NCBI GenBank assembly: GCA_012401045.1
Contig: GCA_012401045.1_4704.1
Source: a phage
Length of the DNA stretch: 64,000 nucleotides
Strand: one strand, 5' to 3'
A program made the translations under genes and the position numbers. Under the pieces are notes generated by a model, which was given only the letters and a program-made list of their open reading frames with translations, was not told the origin of the DNA and ran no database searches. Below, one piece after another: positions 30,139 to 39,412 of this stretch. Within the stretch, counting starts at the first letter, position 1. Each line of letters begins with the position of its first letter.

Positions 30139-31264
30139 GCCAAGCAGAAACCTTTAAGGCATCAACGTTCGGGTATTTATTACGAATGCGTTCGACCAAC
30201 AAACGCTTAACGTTGTCCTTTGTCAAGTCTCCACCTTTCTCGATAACGTTATTGACAAAACTGTTCTTTAATAGCGACTGGTTGTTCTTGGCGTCCGTTT
30301 TAATTGACCAAACGAAGCCTGGATACAAAGAAGGGATAGAACGAAACGTTTTCGCCGCATCGTCTTCCTTATCGCAGCGTATTCGGATATGATCACCCTT
30401 CTTCAATGGAGCCAATTCCCGTTCCAACACACGGACAATTTCATCTCCAACAAGACCATGCAGTTTTATCGTCTTGTAGACATCTGCTTTCTTGTTTTCA
30501 ACAAATTCCCACTGGTCGTTAAACGTTTCCGTTAACATATAACGGAGATACCCTTTTGGACCTTCTTCACCGTGCGCCAAGCGACCGAACGAACCGCCAA
30601 CCATGATACGTCCTTTCTGGGATTGTAAGTGAATATGTCCACTCACGATCCATCCCTGGGTCTTCTCCACCATTGCGTTATACGCATCGCTGCTATGAAC
30701 ACATGTCGCTTTTAACGCTTCTGGTGGAAGCTGATATTCGAACGCGCCATGCATCAGAATGAAGTCAGGCGATCCCTTCTCATCAATAAGTCGGTTCACA
30801 GCCGACAACGTCACATCCGGATCGTGGCTGTAGTTATCTGGAAGATAAAGTACTTTTAAACCAAAGTCTTCATCAACCATGCAGAGATCATCGTAATAAC
30901 GAACTTTCGCTCCTATTTCCATGACCTCGTTCTGTTCAACGAACCACTGACTTTGCTTCTGGTCGTGTAAGTTGGTACCCTCAAGAAAGATCAACGTAAT
31001 ATCGTGTTTTCTTGCATACCGTAACAACCAGGTACCCCAGGCACGAACAGCAACCACGTCACTCGTTACAAATGTCGTAATGCGATCGAAGACATCGCCA
31101 CTGAACGTAATCACATCAAGCAGCGCAGGATCTTCTTTTGTAATGTAATAACGCAGCTGGCTAATCAGGTTTACTGTCGGTGTTTGACGATGGATAAAGT
31201 GAATATCCGACAAGTTGATTCCACGTAATACCCCAGGCGTTTTATTTCGACTGAAGTCGCGCAT
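30122..31264 (-). CDS. Mre11/SbcD-like calcineurin-fold nuclease or phosphoesterase
   Basis: Ordered motifs LSDIHF, SGDVFDR, EGTNLHD, MHGAFE, SGHIH. Confidence 0.55.
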   Translation of the reverse strand: MRDFSRNKTPGVLRGINLSDIHFIHRQTPTVNLISQLRYYITKEDPALLDVITFSGDVFDRITTFVTSDVVAVRAWGTWLLRYARKHDITLIFLEGTNLHDQKQSQWFVEQNEVMEIGAKVRYYDDLCMVDEDFGLKVLYLPDNYSHDPDVTLSAVNRLIDEKGSPDFILMHGAFEYQLPPEALKATCVHSSDAYNAMVEKTQGWIVSGHIHLQSQKGRIMVGGSFGRLAHGEEGPKGYLRYMLTETFNDQWEFVENKKADVYKTIKLHGLVGDEIVRVLERELAPLKKGDHIRIRCDKEDDAAKTFRSIPSLYPGFVWSIKTDAKNNQSLLKNSFVNNVIEKGGDLTKDNVKRLLVERIRNKYPNVDALKVSAWLDTLP

Positions 31265-32046
31265 CAGAATTCCTCTAAGTTGCTGCTGCTAATAGTCCCC
31301 GTCGTAGACGGCATGTTTCTACTACCCACCGACGCAGTTGTTGAAGAAGTTCTGGTCAGATTCAATCCGTTTAATAACCCACGCTCTTTTACCGTACGAC
31401 GTGAACCATCACGAACGTCGTAAAGGGGTACGTTATAATGGTCAAAAATCCGAAGCCATTGCACGTAATCAGCAACAACGTGGTCTTTGCTTTCATTCGG
31501 GGCAAAGCGATCAAGCTGATGGTCGACGTAAGCTTTAGCGCTTTCAGGATTGAAGTTATACTGTCGACGTGCTTTGTCCACCATCGCGAGGAAACATGTG
31601 TTGGGGTCACGATTGATGTATGAACGCGTCCGGATAAAGATAGCCGGTACCGTAAACAGAACCTTGTCGTTATTCCCATCAGCAACGATGTTAACCGCAC
31701 GATGCGGTTGGCCTGCTATCTTACACCAATCGTGAACAATGGTGCTATTACTCAGCATCTCCGCGTATTCAGGATCCTGGGAAAACATTCCTGCGAACGG
31801 ATACAAGAAATGTTTAACGAACAGCGATTCAGGCAGGATGTTGGGACGCGTCATCTCCTGTAAACCTTTTCGTAGAAGCTCGCTATTGTCTACCAGCTCC
31901 TGCCACATGTCCGGTCGTGTTTTCGGGATGGACGGATCCTGAGCGCGGCGAATGCGCTCTTCCTCATTTACAACCACTACCCCAGCCGGATACCCCAATA
32001 AATCCGTTCCTTCGCTAACGTTGCTGTTAGTTTGGCGCGCCTTCAT
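31264..32046 (-). CDS. hypothetical protein (260 aa)
   Basis: ORF track. Confidence 0.45.
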   Translation of the reverse strand: MKARQTNSNVSEGTDLLGYPAGVVVVNEEERIRRAQDPSIPKTRPDMWQELVDNSELLRKGLQEMTRPNILPESLFVKHFLYPFAGMFSQDPEYAEMLSNSTIVHDWCKIAGQPHRAVNIVADGNNDKVLFTVPAIFIRTRSYINRDPNTCFLAMVDKARRQYNFNPESAKAYVDHQLDRFAPNESKDHVVADYVQWLRIFDHYNVPLYDVRDGSRRTVKERGLLNGLNLTRTSSTTASVGSRNMPSTTGTISSSNLEEF

Positions 32047-32434
32047 TTACTTCCTCCTGCCACTTGATAAAATTACCACGCTCGGATCGCAGAACACCAC
32101 CCAGATCGTACGATATACCTTTCTCTGTGACAATCCCCCCAATCTGGAGATCAACACGTTCCGTCGTCGGATCGATATACTTGACACGGACTTTCAATTC
32201 CACGCGATCGTAATAACGCATTAAATAATCATACAACATCCGGTACGTCGCATCTTCCAATTTGGGTGCGCTATACTGCGACGTTGCAATGAGGTACGGT
32301 AGTGAAACGATGGAACCTTGATAGCAATACGACTGGGAATAATTCGATATTGCGAAATTGGTCATTAACCCATCCAGCTTTTTACCCGACGCGGTTAAAA
32401 AGCTCGACAGTCCCGGTAACGGATTCGATGCCAT
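32027..32434 (-). CDS. hypothetical protein (135 aa)
   Basis: ORF track. Confidence 0.4.
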   Translation of the reverse strand: MASNPLPGLSSFLTASGKKLDGLMTNFAISNYSQSYCYQGSIVSLPYLIATSQYSAPKLEDATYRMLYDYLMRYYDRVELKVRVKYIDPTTERVDLQIGGIVTEKGISYDLGGVLRSERGNFIKWQEEVNEGAPN

Positions 32435-32447
32435 GAGGAACTCCTCT

Positions 32448-32897
32448 TTAAGCGTAATTCATTCCAACCAATCTATCGTAGTTAGGCATATGCCCTAACT
32501 CCAGTTCGACGGGCATGGATACATTGGTGCGTGGTGCGTAAAATGTTCGCGTATGCATATCGATATACCCACAGTCCAAATAAACAATATCGGACAACTC
32601 CGTCGGATGTTTAGGTGCGGGAATCTTTAGTCGATTATAACACTCAAGCTGCCACCAGGCATGAAAAAAGTTATTGTAGGCGTACGATTTACTGTTGGCA
32701 ATTTTAAGACCGTAGATCACCCATAACGCCGCCATGAAGTTGGTCGCATTAATTCGCATCGGTTGTTCATTATTGAGCATGTACGTGTAGGTAAACAACG
32801 GTGTGTTACCATCACCGAAACGTCCGACCAAGGTATTGTTCGTGTGTTCGACCTCAAAGGAAAAATGCTGGCTGCTATTGCCATCAAAATGGATCAT
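32448..32897 (-). CDS. hypothetical protein (149 aa)
   Basis: ORF track. Confidence 0.45.
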   Translation of the reverse strand: MIHFDGNSSQHFSFEVEHTNNTLVGRFGDGNTPLFTYTYMLNNEQPMRINATNFMAALWVIYGLKIANSKSYAYNNFFHAWWQLECYNRLKIPAPKHPTELSDIVYLDCGYIDMHTRTFYAPRTNVSMPVELELGHMPNYDRLVGMNYA

Positions 32898-33015
32898 TCC
32901 GTTCTCCTCAAGCTTTTCATTTCATAGAGTGGTGGAAATTCGTAGAAAGTTACAAAAATAAAAAAGAATGGGCAGCCCCTCCCCACCCGAAGGTAGGGAG
33001 AGACCGCAAATATAC

Positions 33016-33480
33016 TTAAACCAAAGCTGCGATAACGTCGTTAACATTACGGCCTCGCAACTCTGCCGCTAAACGAATAACTTCATCCAGGGAACGGTTT
33101 GTACGAATCTTGGCCACTTTCCAATTTTCAGGATACTGTTCGAAGTTAAGCAACCAAGTCATTACCTTTGCTTGTTCCATACCGTTGAGTTTGATTGTCG
33201 TGCGCGGATTGGCTTTGAACCACTTCTTGCTCAGCTGCGCCATACGGCGAACAGGGTAAGCGTAAGCGCGAGTCCAGTCTTTGGACAGATTGTCGAGTAA
33301 TTCACAGTAGCTGCTGTCGTAGTCTTTATTGATACGACGTAATAACCAGTTGGCGGTCATCTGATAAAGTTTATCATCTTCACGTAACCGCATACCTGCT
33401 ACTGCTAAATAAATGATAAGACCTGCGCCCAGGATGAGAGACAGGATAAACAGAATTTGGGTTTCTTGTGCTAAAGTCAT
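33016..33480 (-). CDS. hypothetical membrane-anchored protein
   Basis: N-terminal hydrophobic helix ILFILSLILGAGLIIYLAVAG. Confidence 0.45.
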   Translation of the reverse strand: MTLAQETQILFILSLILGAGLIIYLAVAGMRLREDDKLYQMTANWLLRRINKDYDSSYCELLDNLSKDWTRAYAYPVRRMAQLSKKWFKANPRTTIKLNGMEQAKVMTWLLNFEQYPENWKVAKIRTNRSLDEVIRLAAELRGRNVNDVIAALV

Positions 33481-33566
33481 TTTACTATCCTCGGATTTCG
33501 TTAGGATTTAATTTCCAATATAAGGGCAATGTGATATGCCTTATACAGTCGATTGATGTTGTACAT

Positions 33567-33590
33567 CACTTAAGTAATATAGCCGTGAAA
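33567..33590 (-). promoter_or_regulatory. candidate phage early promoter, TATATTAC core on the minus strand
   Basis: CACTTAAGTAATATAGCCGTGAAA on plus strand; about 95 nt upstream of the ATG at 33480. Confidence 0.45.
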
Positions 33591-33599
33591 AATGTTGGA

Positions 33600-34436
33600 T
33601 TAACGTGTTCTCCTATCACGATGCGTATACGACTGAAGACCGATGTCCATATGCGGTAACGTCAGCGTCTGCCAGATCTGTCGTGCGTAACGATCGAGCG
33701 TATGATCATCAGTAACACAATCGACGGGTTCGATGAGGTGAGTCGTATACTGGCTTTTCTCAGAGAAAGGTTCGATGTTAGCTGTATCGCCTAATCCGCT
33801 TTTCACCGTGAAGACAAGACGTGTGACGATCATCGCCTTATGCTGCTGTTCATTATAACGAAGGCTGCGGTATACGGCATAGCTTCCTCCTTTTAGGCTT
33901 CGGGTATAACGAAGGTCGGAGGTCGTCTCGGAAATCTGATACAGCATCCAGTCCAACGTATCACGCCAGTACGCATCATCCACATCAGGAACCGTAATAC
34001 CGTACCGCGTAGGCAGCAATTCTAAAAGCAATTTATAAAGTCCGCGACGTAAGCCATGCTCTTCTGTTTCCGATAAACCGTTTCCAACATAACGTGAAAT
34101 ACGCGTACGTAAATACGTACGGATGAACATATTCGCCATCAGTGTTTTCACTCTGCTACTGGTATCCTCAAAGCGATCAACGCTGAAACTCGTTTCAATC
34201 AGCCGTCCATTAAAATACAATGCAGCAACATACATCGCGTTATTACTATCACGTTCAATGTTTAAACGACCGCAGATATTAGCCGCATCGTTCATGGTAA
34301 ATTCTAATTTATCGTGTTCGATACGATAGATAATATCCTCTTGGGTTGCCAGGCTCGCAATGCGACGGTAGCCCGGAGAAGTACGTTTTACACTCATAAT
34401 TGTCCTCGTTTTCAATTTTAAGATTGCATGCGGCAT
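33600..34436 (-). CDS. hypothetical protein (278 aa)
   Basis: ORF track; GAGGA upstream of ATG. Confidence 0.45.
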   Translation of the reverse strand: MPHAILKLKTRTIMSVKRTSPGYRRIASLATQEDIIYRIEHDKLEFTMNDAANICGRLNIERDSNNAMYVAALYFNGRLIETSFSVDRFEDTSSRVKTLMANMFIRTYLRTRISRYVGNGLSETEEHGLRRGLYKLLLELLPTRYGITVPDVDDAYWRDTLDWMLYQISETTSDLRYTRSLKGGSYAVYRSLRYNEQQHKAMIVTRLVFTVKSGLGDTANIEPFSEKSQYTTHLIEPVDCVTDDHTLDRYARQIWQTLTLPHMDIGLQSYTHRDRRTR

Positions 34437-34439
34437 AAA

Positions 34440-34464
34440 CCCTCCCCGCCTTATGCAGGGAGGG
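34440..34464 (-). terminator. CCCTCCCC...GGGAGGG hairpin followed by TTTATG
   Basis: Between the stop of 34480..35118 and the start of 33600..34436. Confidence 0.4.
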
Positions 34465-34479
34465 TAGCCATTAAATGGA

Positions 34480-35118
34480 TTAACCTAATTTACCACCGGC
34501 GATGTTGGTGAAATCTTCGCCATCAGGAACTTGCAGTAGGATACGTGCCATGTCCCAGTTGGTTAATGTAATTGCTTTATCATCGATACTCAGTTCTGGT
34601 AGGTCGAGTTCATGATCATCAAACTCGTAGGAAATACTCCACGTTTCATCTGTTTTAGGATCGGTTATCAACACACCGTCTGTTACACGCATGTAGTCCG
34701 GGTGCAGTTCATTACTGAATGTGCTGAACGGATCGGTGTAACATTCAGCATATCCCTCGATCTGCTGACGCTGTGCCTTCGTACGTAATTCAGGGCACGC
34801 CATGATCAGTTGTCGAGATATACCGTTTGCGGCACGGAAGTCTTCCACGGTGTTACATGGCATAACCACATCGTCATGGAAGATGTTCTCCGATTGTCTC
34901 AACAGCGTCTTACGGAGTTCAGCATAGTTTATCTGATTGAATGCGTCGAACGTTGCTAACGATTCAGCGTAAAAATGCTTTACGTGTTCGCTTGCGCCGC
35001 CGAGGCTATTCATCAACTTGTGACCGTACTCCATGAAGCTTTTATCGAGACCGGAGGACATTTCTCCGAACCTCAGTGCACGATAACTGTCTCGTCCACC
35101 TGTAAATATTTGCGCCAT
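34480..35118 (-). CDS. hypothetical protein (212 aa)
   Basis: ORF track; AGGAGG 9 nt upstream of ATG 35118. Confidence 0.45.
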   Translation of the reverse strand: MAQIFTGGRDSYRALRFGEMSSGLDKSFMEYGHKLMNSLGGASEHVKHFYAESLATFDAFNQINYAELRKTLLRQSENIFHDDVVMPCNTVEDFRAANGISRQLIMACPELRTKAQRQQIEGYAECYTDPFSTFSNELHPDYMRVTDGVLITDPKTDETWSISYEFDDHELDLPELSIDDKAITLTNWDMARILLQVPDGEDFTNIAGGKLG

Positions 35119-35133
35119 TACAGGCGTCCTCCT

Positions 35134-35370
35134 TTAGCAATGGTTGTTAGTTGCTTCTATTTCATCAAGATACGGTTCTACGTCATCGCCCTCCACGAAT
35201 TCGTTGAACCAACAGTCAATGGTAGAAATAACCGGCGACTGGTGTTCACATTTCTTAGATACCTTAAAAGGTACGTTATTATCCATCATACCGAGTTCGG
35301 GTCGAAAACGCCCGAAATGTTTCGCAGTCCAAATGTCTGGGACGATATGGTTGTTCATCGTAGTGTTCAG
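35134..35370 (-). CDS. RNA polymerase beta-prime N-terminal subunit, distal exon or separately translated piece
   Basis: TTMNNHIVPD...ELGMMDNNVP aligns to E. coli beta-prime QMAVHVPL...ALMMSTNNIL, the segment that follows DFDGD; 5' boundary uncertain (35367, 35370 or 35379). Confidence 0.45.
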   Translation of the reverse strand: MNTTMNNHIVPDIWTAKHFGRFRPELGMMDNNVPFKVSKKCEHQSPVISTIDCWFNEFVEGDDVEPYLDEIEATNNHC

Positions 35371-35713
35371 CATGAGTCGCTACCTCATACCCGCAGCTTT
35401 ACCTGCAGCTTCCGGTGTTACCGGAATGTCCAGAATATATCTTATCCATATTCCAAATGGAACGTAGGACTTCCGCGCTGGATCTCGCTTGAGACCACGT
35501 ATTCGTTGAACGTTCTCCTGAACGGAGCTTCGCTGCTGATCGAACATTGTCACGTACGGTAGGCATCCCCGAAGGGATTGTCATTGAAGCCGCGTACATC
35601 CGCTACCTTGTTTCTACCTTATCGGTTCCTCTTACGAGGCGTAGCAGCCTTAGCCCTTCCCAGCAATTCACGGAATCCAAGCTCTTCCTTTCGGAAGGCA
35701 GGGCCTATGATTA
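35371..35713 (-). ncRNA. second group I-like intron or degenerate intron spacer
   Basis: Minus-strand Q-like ATCAGCAGCGAAGC (35527-35540), R-like GTTCAACGAATACG (35498-35511), S-like AAGATATATTC (35433-35443); GNRA and UUCG-capped hairpins; no P1 guide found. Confidence 0.4.
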
Positions 35714-35726
35714 AGCGTCACCGTCG
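35714..35726 (-). CDS. 13-nt micro-exon CGACGGTGACGCT supplying the DGD of the catalytic motif
   Basis: Joined to exon 1 it reads NADF-DGD-A; its first four bases are complementary to the GUCG that sits directly 5' of the intron-1 guide sequence. Confidence 0.45.
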
Positions 35727-36103
35727 CTGTTTATCGACTATATCTTCATCCTCGTTGCGAGGAGTCTCCCGTTTTGGTCTGTGTTTAACAGAGCCTACTC
35801 TACTCGACATCGCGTCTTTCGATAGTCTGTGAGCACACATCTTAACAAACATTCGTGGATTCCTAAACAGGTGAATGTTCTTGTTGAGATGCTTCGCTGC
35901 GGATTATTCCCGTCCTACCTCTTTTACCGTACCCAGTTCATTACGCTGGCCCTCATCTATGTCACCACGATGAGTTGGTGTGTAGTCCGATTACAGAAAC
36001 TTCCCGTCAATTAGAGAGCTTTAACTACGTTCCTGTTACCAGAAACCCGACTCCGACGGCATCAATAAATCAACATAAGTTATTGATTTAATTGAAAAAA
36101 CTG
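35727..36103 (-). ncRNA. group I self-splicing intron, 377 nt, no internal ORF
   Basis: Minus-strand P AATTGACGGGAAG (36000-36012), Q AATCCGCAGC (35896-35905), R CACAGACTA (35823-35831), S AAGATATAGTC (35736-35746); guide GAGUCGG (36047-36053) pairs exon end CCGACUU with terminal U-G; ends in G at 35727. Confidence 0.7.
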
Positions 36104-37359
36104 AAGTCGGCATTATAACCTTTGAGGATCATCACGCTTAACCCGATGGTGTTATCCTGCGGATCGCGTTTAACCTTGGTGATTTCAAGACATTGGTTAC
36201 TGCTTCGGTCAAGTGATGGGTTTCGAACAAAGCCGCACACAATCCCATCGAACGGTGTATCAGCAATAAGCTCATCGTGCAGCTCGCTCATCATCGGATG
36301 ATAATTACGGACATGTTCCGCAACGAACGCACGCGCTGCTCTCGGTGAATAACCACGATGGAATAACTTGGATTGGATATGTTCTTTATTGGTTAAAGTA
36401 AATGGTGCGTATGGGAAATGCAGATGATAATAACGATGGTTCGCTGTTATCGAACTGATTACGGTACGCGTGGTGAATGGATGTAATGTACCTAATATGT
36501 TTTTACGTGTAATACCTTTCTTCTTACCGATGAACTCATCGAAAATCGCCGCGTGGTATTGCAGTAGCTTCAATTGCACTTTCGCCATCCAGTTTTCTTT
36601 CTTTCTGGCGCTCAAAGGTGTTGTTGGATGATAGATACTGTTCAACGTACCGATAGCATCGATCGCACCTTCCATTTTGCTATCCGCATAACGACCGGTT
36701 GGCGTATTCTCGATAACGAACATCATGGCCGCAGGAAAGCTGATATACTGACTGAAGAACTTATCACGATGGATACGGATGAATTCTCGTAGCGTGTCAA
36801 CTTTCTCCGTGTTCTTCGGTCCACGTAACGTCGGTCCTTTATACAAGATCTCCATGATGCGATCGAAGTTCTGTATAAAACTATTTACACCGCGACGTAT
36901 CCCGAATACATCGAATTGCTGCTCCAGATAGTTCTTGAGTTCGATGGGTCGTTTTACATTTGGACGGTAACTGGCATCAATGAGCCACGTCATCGTTTCA
37001 AAGCTTTTGATATTCAACTCGCTTGCCAGCACGAGATGGACCAACGGGTTAATGAACGCATCGATTCCTTCAGGAACACGCGCCCAAACCGTCGAACGAA
37101 TCTCCTGTTCTGCCGGGTAGGTCACAACCGTTTTACAGTTTGGACACACCGTGCCGAGTAGCTCACCACGATTGTAGAAACCACAACCACACTGTGGTGT
37201 GATATCCAGCGTATCGCTGGAGTAAACACGGGTGATAAAACTGTTTAATTTCTTCTTCTCTTCGACGACTTTTGTATCGTAATCATTCAACAAAATCGGC
37301 GTAAAAGGAAGTTCTGCGAGCTGTCTATCGAAACTCACGATATCGAGCATGATGGCCAT
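36104..37359 (-). CDS. RNA polymerase beta-prime N-terminal subunit, exon 1
   Basis: N-terminal Zn ribbon QCGCG...CPNC; ends GYNADF matching E. coli AYNADFDGD; unspliced frame gives NADFSFFN then stop at 36088. Confidence 0.7.
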
Positions 37360-37401
37360 GGGGTATCTCCTACAAATGAAAAAGAACGTTAGGACGTATA
37401 A

Positions 37402-37425
37402 GGGAGGGAGGTTGCCCTCCCTCCC
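37402..37425 (-). terminator. GGGAGGGAGG-TTGC-CCTCCCTCCC hairpin followed by TTATACG on the coding strand
   Basis: 10-bp perfect inverted repeat between the 631-aa gene and the beta-prime gene. Confidence 0.4.
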
Positions 37426-37451
37426 GTCAGATTACATCGAACGTTCTTCCA

Positions 37452-39347
37452 TTAGAACAGATTGAATGCCCCACCCATGTTGTTAACGCCAACATTCGGA
37501 CGATCGCTACGTGCGTAGATGTTACCGGAGATGTTACCCAGACCACGAGCACGTGCTGCCATGTTACCACGAACAGCGGTACCTGCCAGATGCTGGATGT
37601 TCTCAGGACGGATGGTGAAGCCAGCATCAGCAGCGGCTTCGATCAGCGCCTGCAGTGCTAACGGATCGAAGTCGTAACGCATTGCCCAGCCGGTTTGTTC
37701 CCAGCTACCAGACAGAACACGATCGATGATTTCGTGACGAGCGACAACACGCTGAGACATCGTCATATCGGTACGGTCGAAGCTGTCTTCCCAAGCTTCT
37801 ACGGTATCCGGGTTAGTGATGTTCATCATGTACAGATCGTCCATATCACGAATATCGTGACGGTGACCATCCTGGTGGTTGTAGTGACCCAGCGGGATAC
37901 GGTTACCGGTAGCGTAGACCAGCGGTTGGCCGTATTGATATTTCTTGCTGAAGCAACCCAGGGTAACATCATCGAACGCACGGAAGAGGGCTTTGTAACC
38001 TTCGGAGATTTCACGGACTTCACCTTCAACTTTGCCCGTATAGATCTTCTCAGCCGCCGGGATCATACGCAGCAGCCAGCTGTACTCACCTTCTTCCGGT
38101 ACGTCGATAGAAATCAGCAGAGACGGATACAGTACCTGTTGCAGGAACTTGTAAATCTGCTCGTTGGTTTGAGTAGACAGATCCAGCGGTGCGGTAACTT
38201 CCGGATCCAGTACCATCGCCAGAGCACCCGGGTTATGCGGACCAATACCACGGGCAGCGTTGCTGATTAAAGACTGTGCCCACGCCATACCGCTGTTCAG
38301 CGTAGCGATGGTGCCAATCAGACCCAACACGAAAGTGTTCGGTGTGAACGCATCCAGCTCCAGCGGGTAAGCGCTGGTCATCACGTAACGCGGCTGGTAT
38401 TGTACAGTCGGCGGTACCGGATAACCGTTAACCAGAACAGGGCCTTGGTTGAAGGTCGGGTTCTGCGGGCTGTAAGTCAGGTCAATGTAACCGGTGGTGG
38501 CGACCAGACGCTGTTGACTATCGTAATCGCTCATCGCTTGACGGATGCGGTTAGAGATAGTTACAGTGATGTCAGAACGCACAGGGTTACCAACAATATC
38601 GCTGTCCTGCATACCGCTGGTGTTGTACTGAACGCTGCTGATTGGCTGATCGCTTGCCATCATGCCCAGGTTGAACTGCGGCAGACCCAGTTTATCACCG
38701 AGACGGATTTCGATCGCGGTTTGGATTGCGTTATCTGCAGCAGACAGCAGGGTGGTTGCCAGATGCGCAGATTCAGCGGTGATTTCATTGGTCACCACAG
38801 CCAGACCAGCGATACGAACAGTACCGTTAGACTTACCGCCAATAGCTGAGTACATTGCCGCCATGACTTCGTTGATGAACGTACCGTTCAGGTTATCAAC
38901 CCAGGTACGCGGTACCAGAATGTTACCATGCGGACCTTGTTCTTCACGACGCGGCAGCGGAGCCAGACCAGCAACCAGCGGAAGCACATAACCAAAGAAG
39001 TGGTTATGGTCACCAACTTTTGCACCACTCATAACGACCAGGGTCGGATACGGTACGCTGTACTGGTTCGGGTCAACCGCAACAAAGATGAAGTCGTTTT
39101 TGAACTGGGTATCTTCCAGATATTTCTCCATCAGACGACGGAGATTCAGTACCTGCTCGGAGCCAGTATTACGGCTAATACGACGGCTCAGTGTACGGTT
39201 GATCGTACGCATCGTATGAGTTACTTTAGGCTGGCCAGCAAAATCTGCAGCGGTTTCCAGCGCCTCATCAGCACGTTGTGCGGTGCGGGTTTCAGCTGCA
39301 CGAATTTCTACATTATCGTTACCGTTATTACGTACGTCTAAGCCCAT
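37452..39347 (-). CDS. candidate chimallin (phage nucleus shell protein), 631 aa
   Basis: Size matches chimallin; sits immediately upstream of the beta-prime N-terminal gene as phiKZ gp54 does; early-promoter-like motif upstream; not confirmed by sequence similarity. Confidence 0.45.
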   Translation of the reverse strand: MGLDVRNNGNDNVEIRAAETRTAQRADEALETAADFAGQPKVTHTMRTINRTLSRRISRNTGSEQVLNLRRLMEKYLEDTQFKNDFIFVAVDPNQYSVPYPTLVVMSGAKVGDHNHFFGYVLPLVAGLAPLPRREEQGPHGNILVPRTWVDNLNGTFINEVMAAMYSAIGGKSNGTVRIAGLAVVTNEITAESAHLATTLLSAADNAIQTAIEIRLGDKLGLPQFNLGMMASDQPISSVQYNTSGMQDSDIVGNPVRSDITVTISNRIRQAMSDYDSQQRLVATTGYIDLTYSPQNPTFNQGPVLVNGYPVPPTVQYQPRYVMTSAYPLELDAFTPNTFVLGLIGTIATLNSGMAWAQSLISNAARGIGPHNPGALAMVLDPEVTAPLDLSTQTNEQIYKFLQQVLYPSLLISIDVPEEGEYSWLLRMIPAAEKIYTGKVEGEVREISEGYKALFRAFDDVTLGCFSKKYQYGQPLVYATGNRIPLGHYNHQDGHRHDIRDMDDLYMMNITNPDTVEAWEDSFDRTDMTMSQRVVARHEIIDRVLSGSWEQTGWAMRYDFDPLALQALIEAAADAGFTIRPENIQHLAGTAVRGNMAARARGLGNISGNIYARSDRPNVGVNNMGGAFNLF

Positions 39348-39412
39348 TTGGGATTCCTCTTTTCTTAAACTTTATTAAATGACGTCATTGAATCAGCTTC
39401 TACTCGCTCATT

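Noticed and set aside
35399-35599. 66-aa ORF as an intron-encoded protein or homing endonuclease
   Set aside because: No ribosome-binding site, no LAGLIDADG, GIY-YIG or HNH motifs, and it lies across predicted intron helices.
35134-36103. A single long intron from 36103 to about 35371
   Set aside because: No splice junction with a U-ending exon and G-ending intron gives DGD in frame, and two separate Q/R/S element sets are present; kept only as a minor alternative.
36088-36114. NADFSFFN-stop as the true C-terminus of the beta-prime N-terminal protein
   Set aside because: It truncates the invariant DFDGD active site, and a canonical group I intron with matching P1 and P10 pairing starts exactly after NADF.
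37695-38270. Plus-strand ORFs of 137-191 aa inside 37452..39347
   Set aside because: Antisense shadow ORFs within a long minus-strand gene; no upstream ribosome-binding sites.
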